Positions 58,724-64,000 of a stretch of 64,000 nt of DNA are shown here, piece after piece. Below the pieces are notes generated by a model. That model was given only the letters and a program-made list of their open reading frames with translations, searched no databases and was not told the DNA's origin. Origin of the DNA: Amoebidium appalachense (lineage: Eukaryota; Protista; Ichthyosporea); assembly GCA_963693365.1 (NCBI GenBank), contig CAVNZM010000004.1:3273547-3337546 (forward strand), read 5' to 3'. Each line of letters starts with the position of its first letter. Position 1 is the stretch's first letter. Both the position numbers and the translations under genes were made by a program.

Positions 58724-60439
58724 ACAGACACAGCATCACCACGGCCATCCCCACGGGCCCGCCGGCAGTCCCTGTGCTCACCCCAATCGCGGGTCTGGCA
58801 GTCCCTGTTGCAGAGTAGACGTGCTACAGGCCGAGCACTCTTGGTGCGCCCGGTCGAGCCGCAGGGGCACAGACGACAGAGGGCAGCTGCGAGAAGTGCT
58901 GACGGCCCGGTTGCACCACATACATACACATGTTGTCCAGTCGTACCCGTGGACACGGGAAGAGTGCTCACGCAAACCCGCAATCTGCAGAACAGCCTGG
59001 GCGTGGTGTGCCGAGACGCGCACAGTACATGAAGCATCATCGAAGACAATACCGGCGCCCGTGCTGATGTTCCGGCGAGGGCAGTGTCCCGCCCCCAGCA
59101 CGTAGCGGTGGAAGACACAGTAGTGCCTAAAACACGCGAAGTAGGCAGCCATGTTGCGCGGCCGCAGTTACCGTTGGGTCGTTCACCCATCTCCGCCCCA
59201 AGCACGCATCCGCCCGCCAGGGTAGCCTCGCATCCATGAGCGCCCGTTGCGAAACACACGCAGGTCGCCGCACCCAGAACTTAGCATCAGGTTGCAGACC
59301 GGGTCCGAGTGGAAACGCAAGTGGCTGTCCAGGGGTAGACCACGACCCGTTTCGACACCGTGGGTCTGTGGGTGGGGCCCTGCAGCCTCTGTGCCGGGCC
59401 ACGCAACAGACATGAGAAGAGGCGCTGCAGCGGGAGCACCGGCGACGGGGGGACGGAGAATGACACGGAAGGCACCCAATGCCGACGGCCGGGCCCAACA
59501 GACCCGCGACAAGCGAACGACGCACCCAAGGGGAAGGGCCGGCCGACGAGGGGAGGGGGCGGGCGAGACCGGACCGCCGCAAGCGCCGCCCCACGAGAGA
59601 GAAGTCCGAACCCCGACCGAGCGTGCCCCGGGAGAGCCAGGTCCGGCCCCAGCACGAGGCTGGAAGGCGGCGACATTGGGAACGCGCTGGAGTGCAGACA
59701 AGGTCCCAGAGGGGGGCACCCGCCCAGGCCCGCGGGGGCCGCAAATGCAGCAGCAAAGAGCGAGGACGAGGAACGAGCGAAGCCCCCGTGGAAGATGGGA
59801 GGCGCCGCCCGCAACTCCAGCAGCCGAGCGCTGGAGGGCCGGGAGCGAACTGTCGTCCACGAAGACGACGACTGCCGTGTGAGCCGGGGGCGGACAGAAG
59901 CAAAGCCACGGCCCAGGTGTTGGTCATGCTGTGCGTGAATGCCAGCGTGTGGGAGCGAAGAGGAAAGGGGAGGGGAAGGAGGAGGGGGAGAACACGAGGG
60001 AGAAGGGGGGACACCAGTAAAAAAAGCCACTTCCCTCCACACCTGTGTTGTGGACGTAGCGCTGCATGCATGGTGCTGCTCGTGCTGCTTGCGCGGCTGG
60101 CGCTCAGGGGGGTATGTAATTTTTATTCCTGGGCCCGACAGTCCGATCAGCCATCTGAAAGCACTGGCATGGCATGACCGTAGCGCCATTCGATTGGATA
60201 TCTCGCTAGATTACGCCTCACGCGCTGATTGGTCAGCCGCGATTGGATCGTAAATATAAATTCCGATTGGATCATGTGGTTACATCTCATGGTAAGTAAA
60301 TTTTGATTCCATCAGATAAATCATGTCCATCCAATCAAAACGCGACAGCTGTCAGCCTTGCCCTGCCTGGCAGGTATAAAATGCCGCGACTCAGCGCTAT
60401 GCTGACACTTTCCACTCTTCCTGTTTCTCTTCACCAACA

Positions 60440-60871
60440 ATGTCCGGCACACCATCTGCAAAGGCCGGCCCTGACCCAGCCGGGCAGCCTGCCAGTCCAC
60501 GGCCCCCAGGGTCATTTGCCACGTGGCCTCCCGAATGGCAGCAGTACCTGTACGAGGAGGCAAAGCGCGACCGCTACCGTGCGCGCGCCAGCGAGCGGGA
60601 GATGCAGCTCAAGTACAAGGTGCTGCGCAAGAAGTACCAGCGCCTCAAGACCAGCGTGAGCCTGGACCGTATGACATGGAGGAGCCTGAAGAACCTCAGC
60701 GACCCCGAGTCCTCCGCCGAGGAGTCCCCCACCGAGGAGCGCCCCATTCGCATCTTGAGCTCCGAGGAGGAGCGCCTCCACAAGAAGCCCCCCGAGAAGA
60801 AGCGCGCGCGGTCGCCCGAGGACACTTCGGCGCCCACCGAGAAGCGCAGCCGTGCTGGACACGAGGAGTAA
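60440..60871 (+). CDS. Basic coiled-coil protein (143 aa)
   Basis: TATAAAA at ~60375 with clustered CCAAT/ATTGG upstream; strong GC3 bias; LKYKVLRKKYQRLK and PEKKRAR. Confidence 0.8.
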   Translation: MSGTPSAKAGPDPAGQPASPRPPGSFATWPPEWQQYLYEEAKRDRYRARASEREMQLKYKVLRKKYQRLKTSVSLDRMTWRSLKNLSDPESSAEESPTEERPIRILSSEEERLHKKPPEKKRARSPEDTSAPTEKRSRAGHEE

Positions 60872-61055
60872 ATAAAAATTGCCACTTCCTCTTCCACACC
60901 TGTGTTGTGGACCGTAGCGCTTGCATGCATGGTGCTGCTCGTGCTGCTTGCCGCGTGCTGGCGCTCAGGGGGGGGGGGGGGGTATGTAATTTTACCATAT
61001 TTGGATCGTTGGATTTACATTGTATATTCACCCCGAAAATGTTTAAGATTTTTTG

Positions 61056-61988
61056 CTATAAGGCATGTCCCAAATTGCCCGCGTTGCTCCAGGGGGTCCC
61101 CTCGTTCCACTCATCAAGGTCCGCACCCACCCCCTCGAACTCCTGGTTGCGGTTGCGCCCGTAGGCTCTGTCAAAGACACCCTCGCGCAGCGGCAGCCCT
61201 GCTGCCTCCACCACGTGGCCGACCTCTTTGAAAAAATAGTCAAGCCAGCGCTCACCCCAATCTTCAAGTGCTGTGCTCAGGTCCTCGGTGGTTGCGCCGC
61301 CCGGGGCCATGGTGGTGGGCGCGCCGTGCGACACTCCGGCGCGGTAGGCGGACTCGAGCAGGGTCCGAGGTTTGGTCAGGGGCGGTTCTTTGACAAGGGT
61401 CTCAAAGAGCAGTTCGGGCATAAACCAGTAGGGCCTCCTCGAGACACCGGGCGCTGTGTTTTTGGCCTCGTCCAGGTCGGGATTCCCGTATGCATTCCAA
61501 AAGACCCAACCGTCCCTGGTCTGTTTAATAATGTATTGAGGGGTTTGACGGCTGTAATTTTCATGGAAGAAATTATCATAGGGAAACAACTCAGTTCTGG
61601 GCTGGCTGAAAATGTAGATTTCATAGACGTAGGGACTAAGGGTCGTGTCGGCAGCGGGGTGAGGGTTGTCCGGACTCTCATAATCCTCGCTCTTGTAGAT
61701 ATCATAGATGTGTGGGCTGCTGCGGGTTGTGTTGGTAGTGGGAGGGTTGGAGTTGTACGGTACCTCATAATCCGAGGCCTTTACGCGCGTTATGTGTTGG
61801 ATTTGAAGACTCCAAAGTTCGATGTGCGGTCCTGCTATTACTACAGGAACCGCCATCCGAAGCCCCCCCCATCGAAGAAACCACCATGTTCCTTCCGGAT
61901 CCTCACCCGAGCACACCCTGTCCATGTACCTCGTCAGTGCGTCCTCCGTCTTGGCGCGCCCTACGTCCCAGCGGTTTTTAGGTTCCAT
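61056..61988 (-). CDS. Hypothetical protein (~310 aa, MEPKNRW...)
   Basis: Long intronless ORF of globular, aromatic-rich composition; no family recognised. Confidence 0.7.
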   Translation of the reverse strand: MEPKNRWDVGRAKTEDALTRYMDRVCSGEDPEGTWWFLRWGGLRMAVPVVIAGPHIELWSLQIQHITRVKASDYEVPYNSNPPTTNTTRSSPHIYDIYKSEDYESPDNPHPAADTTLSPYVYEIYIFSQPRTELFPYDNFFHENYSRQTPQYIIKQTRDGWVFWNAYGNPDLDEAKNTAPGVSRRPYWFMPELLFETLVKEPPLTKPRTLLESAYRAGVSHGAPTTMAPGGATTEDLSTALEDWGERWLDYFFKEVGHVVEAAGLPLREGVFDRAYGRNRNQEFEGVGADLDEWNEGTPWSNAGNLGHAL

Positions 61989-62068
61989 TAGCACTGCGAT
62001 GCATAATCTCTGTGTGTGCTCCCCGAGTTGCTGGGGAGGGGGCGCTCCAAAGTATCTCTTCGGAAGGT

Positions 62069-62323
62069 ATGACTTCACCGAACATTGCAAACCTGAGATT
62101 TGACAACCCGAGTAACTCGTGGGTGCGCAGGGATGACATTGCCGCCGACCCGCACGAGTACCACCTGACCATCGACAACAACACGCGCTTCATGCTCTAC
62201 ATGGGCACTTCATTGGACGACCATGATGCACAGCTCAAGAGGGCTTCGATGTGGAGGGGCATAGCGCTTGCATGCATGGTGCTGCTCGTGCTGCTGGCCG
62301 GCCTCCTGGTGTACAGGTGGTAG
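62069..62323 (+). CDS. Small protein with a C-terminal transmembrane helix
   Basis: MTSPNIANLRF...WRGIALACMVLLVLLAGLLVYRW*. Confidence 0.6.
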   Translation: MTSPNIANLRFDNPSNSWVRRDDIAADPHEYHLTIDNNTRFMLYMGTSLDDHDAQLKRASMWRGIALACMVLLVLLAGLLVYRW

Positions 62324-62386
62324 GGGGGGGGGGGGGGGGGGGGGTTAAGTTTGTAATTTTTATTCCTGGGCCGCACCAGGCGGACT

Positions 62387-62959
62387 TCACACGAGTTGGT
62401 TGCCCGGTTGATCTTGTTGTTTGAGTTTATGCACCTCCTTTCGATGTCGCCACAGCCCACTACGCCATGAGAAGGCCTTTGAGCACCCTTCCTCAGCGCA
62501 TATGTAGGAGCGCTGACCTGTATGGATGCGGTTATGAAATTTAAGCGCGTTGGAGTTCTTGAGAATCGCCCCGCATCCAGTGACACCACATACCACCTGT
62601 TGTCTTGAATCGTGCACCTTTAAGTGCCTAAGAAGCGCACCCCTGTATGAAAAGCGAGCGCCACACTCATCGTGGTTGCATGCATATGGGCGCTCACCCG
62701 TGTGCCTTCGTGTGTGTCGTAAAAGCCGTCCAGATTGTGGAGACCTGTAGTTGCACCCTTCGTAACTGCACTCGTATTTCTTTATTCTGGTGTGTATGGT
62801 CATATGCGCATCCAGACCAACTTGTTGCGTACACCTTACCGTACAACCAGGCCATGTACACGAAAAGGGCTTCTCTCCTGTGTGGACCCTCCTATGGCGC
62901 TGCAAGTTTTGGCTTGTTGAAAATGTTTTATAACACATGGAGCATTTGTTTTCAGACAT
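62387..62959 (-). CDS. C2H2 zinc-finger protein (6 fingers)
   Basis: CSMC...HRRVHTGEKPFSCTWPGC, HTGERPYAC and HTGQRSYIC; intronless. Confidence 0.92.
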   Translation of the reverse strand: MSENKCSMCYKTFSTSQNLQRHRRVHTGEKPFSCTWPGCTVRCTQQVGLDAHMTIHTRIKKYECSYEGCNYRSPQSGRLLRHTRRHTGERPYACNHDECGARFSYRGALLRHLKVHDSRQQVVCGVTGCGAILKNSNALKFHNRIHTGQRSYICAEEGCSKAFSWRSGLWRHRKEVHKLKQQDQPGNQLV

Positions 62960-63007
62960 ATTTCATGTTTTACACCAAAAAAAAACAAAAAAAAAAACAG
63001 AAACGAA

Positions 63008-63290
63008 TTGCCGGGTTGCCGGGTTGCCGGGTTGTAAGTAGCAATCCACCCTGGGAGTATTTTAACCATTTTTATTTTTTTCAAATCGTAAGATACAACC
63101 CTTCAACCTTTCAACCCAACAGTAAAACCATCAACACAAGCAAAAACTTATAGTAAAATGTCAATTCAAACCGTGTTTGGGTTGTTAGGTTGTAAGATAC
63201 CCGCGGCCAAGCTAGTTGAATCAAGATAAAATTGTATGGTCAAAGATGTATTTGGGTTGCTAGAACGTGTTTGGGTTGCTAGGTTGTCAG
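63008..63290. repeat. Iteron-like CAACC/GGTTG cluster (putative origin 2)
   Basis: CCGGGTTG x3, CAACCCTTCAACCTTTCAACCC, GGGTTGTTAGGTTG and GGGTTGCTAGGTTG in both orientations, starting at the stop codon of helicase 2. Confidence 0.7.
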
Positions 63291-64000
63291 ATCCCCGAGG
63301 CACCTTGCTCCATAGCCTGACAGACATCTTTTGACAGACCCACCCGTTCAAAGGACACGATATAGCAATACCGTGTCGCTGAATTGACCTTCGTTCCCAC
63401 TGGTTTTCCCAGAATGGCACGAAGCGCACTACCAAACAGCTTTTGGCTTGGCCTCTGACTGCGCCCTGTAGCGTTCCGCTCATGCCACAAACGAAAGTAG
63501 TCGAACAATTCGCTGCTGGTGAAGCGTTGGCCATCAACTGGTCGGGGCCACTCCTCGCATCCATTGTCACCCGTCACAAGGTCGCGCAGAAATTGCAGTT
63601 CGTCTGGGCGCCCAAGATCTGTCAACCGTGAACGAAGCTCGGTAGTTGGGGGGGTTGGCATCCGCTGGGGGACATCCGCTTCAGCCATCAGTTCGTCCAA
63701 AATCGCCTGGAGAACAGATGGATTGGAGTGTCGTTCCTTGAATTCGGCGAAGTATGCAAACTGCCCCTTTCTATCTGCTGAAGACTCAAAACAGGCCCAT
63801 CGTCGGTCTCCCTCCTCTAGGTTTAGCGGGTGCGACTCGTTGCTGAGAATCACATAGCGCTCGCAACTCTCCACGGTAATGATGCCACAGCCCTTCTTTT
63901 CCATGAGGCCCGTGGTTTCCGTAACACGGGCCTTCATTTGGTTGATGATGTCAACATTGCCATGCCAAAACACCTCGTCACACACAATAAGCAGGCGGTT
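63287..64000 (-). CDS. Second SF3/D5-like (DUF5906-type) helicase, C-terminal part; 5' end outside the window
   Basis: Walker B LIVCDE, NQMKARVT...MEKKG, SCERYVILSNE and GDRRWACFE are collinear with helicase 1 (SCERYVFMSNE, SDRRSACFE). Confidence 0.88.
   Translation of the reverse strand, partial: NRLLIVCDEVFWHGNVDIINQMKARVTETTGLMEKKGCGIITVESCERYVILSNESHPLNLEEGDRRWACFESSADRKGQFAYFAEFKERHSNPSVLQAILDELMAEADVPQRMPTPPTTELRSRLTDLGRPDELQFLRDLVTGDNGCEEWPRPVDGQRFTSSELFDYFRLWHERNATGRSQRPSQKLFGSALRAILGKPVGTKVNSATRYCYIVSFERVGLSKDVCQAMEQGASGI

Larger units (their letters stand above)
45953..64000. mobile_element. Putative endogenous viral / Polinton-like-virus-type element; boundaries unresolved, left edge may be ~43,300
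   Basis: Abrupt loss of microsatellite introns, dense intronless ORFs, two SF3/D5-like helicases, a Bro-N-like fragment, C2H2 genes, an IS607-Fanzor element and long tandem arrays. No virion genes recognised in the window. Confidence 0.7.

Noticed and set aside
58700-60190. Several overlapping GC-rich ORFs on both strands
   Set aside because: The true frame could not be chosen and no motif was recognised. The region may be coding or decayed.
61065-61991. 308-aa + strand ORF
   Set aside because: It is an antisense shadow of 61056-61988, with a non-ATG start.

Overview
Eukaryotic (probably protist) genomic DNA in two distinct parts. About 1-43,300 is intron-rich host sequence, with introns full of CA/GT microsatellites and poly-C/G runs. 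It holds a DnaJ-domain gene (-), a divergent MORN-repeat gene (+), a decayed non-LTR retrotransposon block, the complete ~31-exon RNA polymerase III second-largest subunit gene RPC2/POLR3B (-), and a stop-riddled pseudogene. From ~43,300 (at the latest ~46,000) to the window end is a gene-dense, mostly intronless block that resembles an endogenous DNA virus or Polinton-like-virus-type element; no capsid, pPolB or integrase gene was recognised. This block has three tandem arrays (31-bp, 92-bp, and a TTAGGG-containing minisatellite), TATA/CCAAT promoters, orphan coiled-coil ORFs, and two convergent [SF3/D5-like helicase - iteron-like repeat cluster - C2H2 zinc finger] modules whose repeat motifs differ. 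The standout is an apparently intact ~2.08-kb IS607-family element encoding a serine recombinase TnpA and a Fanzor2/TnpB nuclease. The Fanzor frame is open across almost all of tnpA and the two ATGs are 10 nt apart. The right end is structured like an omega-RNA, and excising the element at a TT core rejoins a small ORF with endonuclease-like motifs. All calls come from manual motif reading; no searches were run, and exon boundaries marked ~ are approximate.
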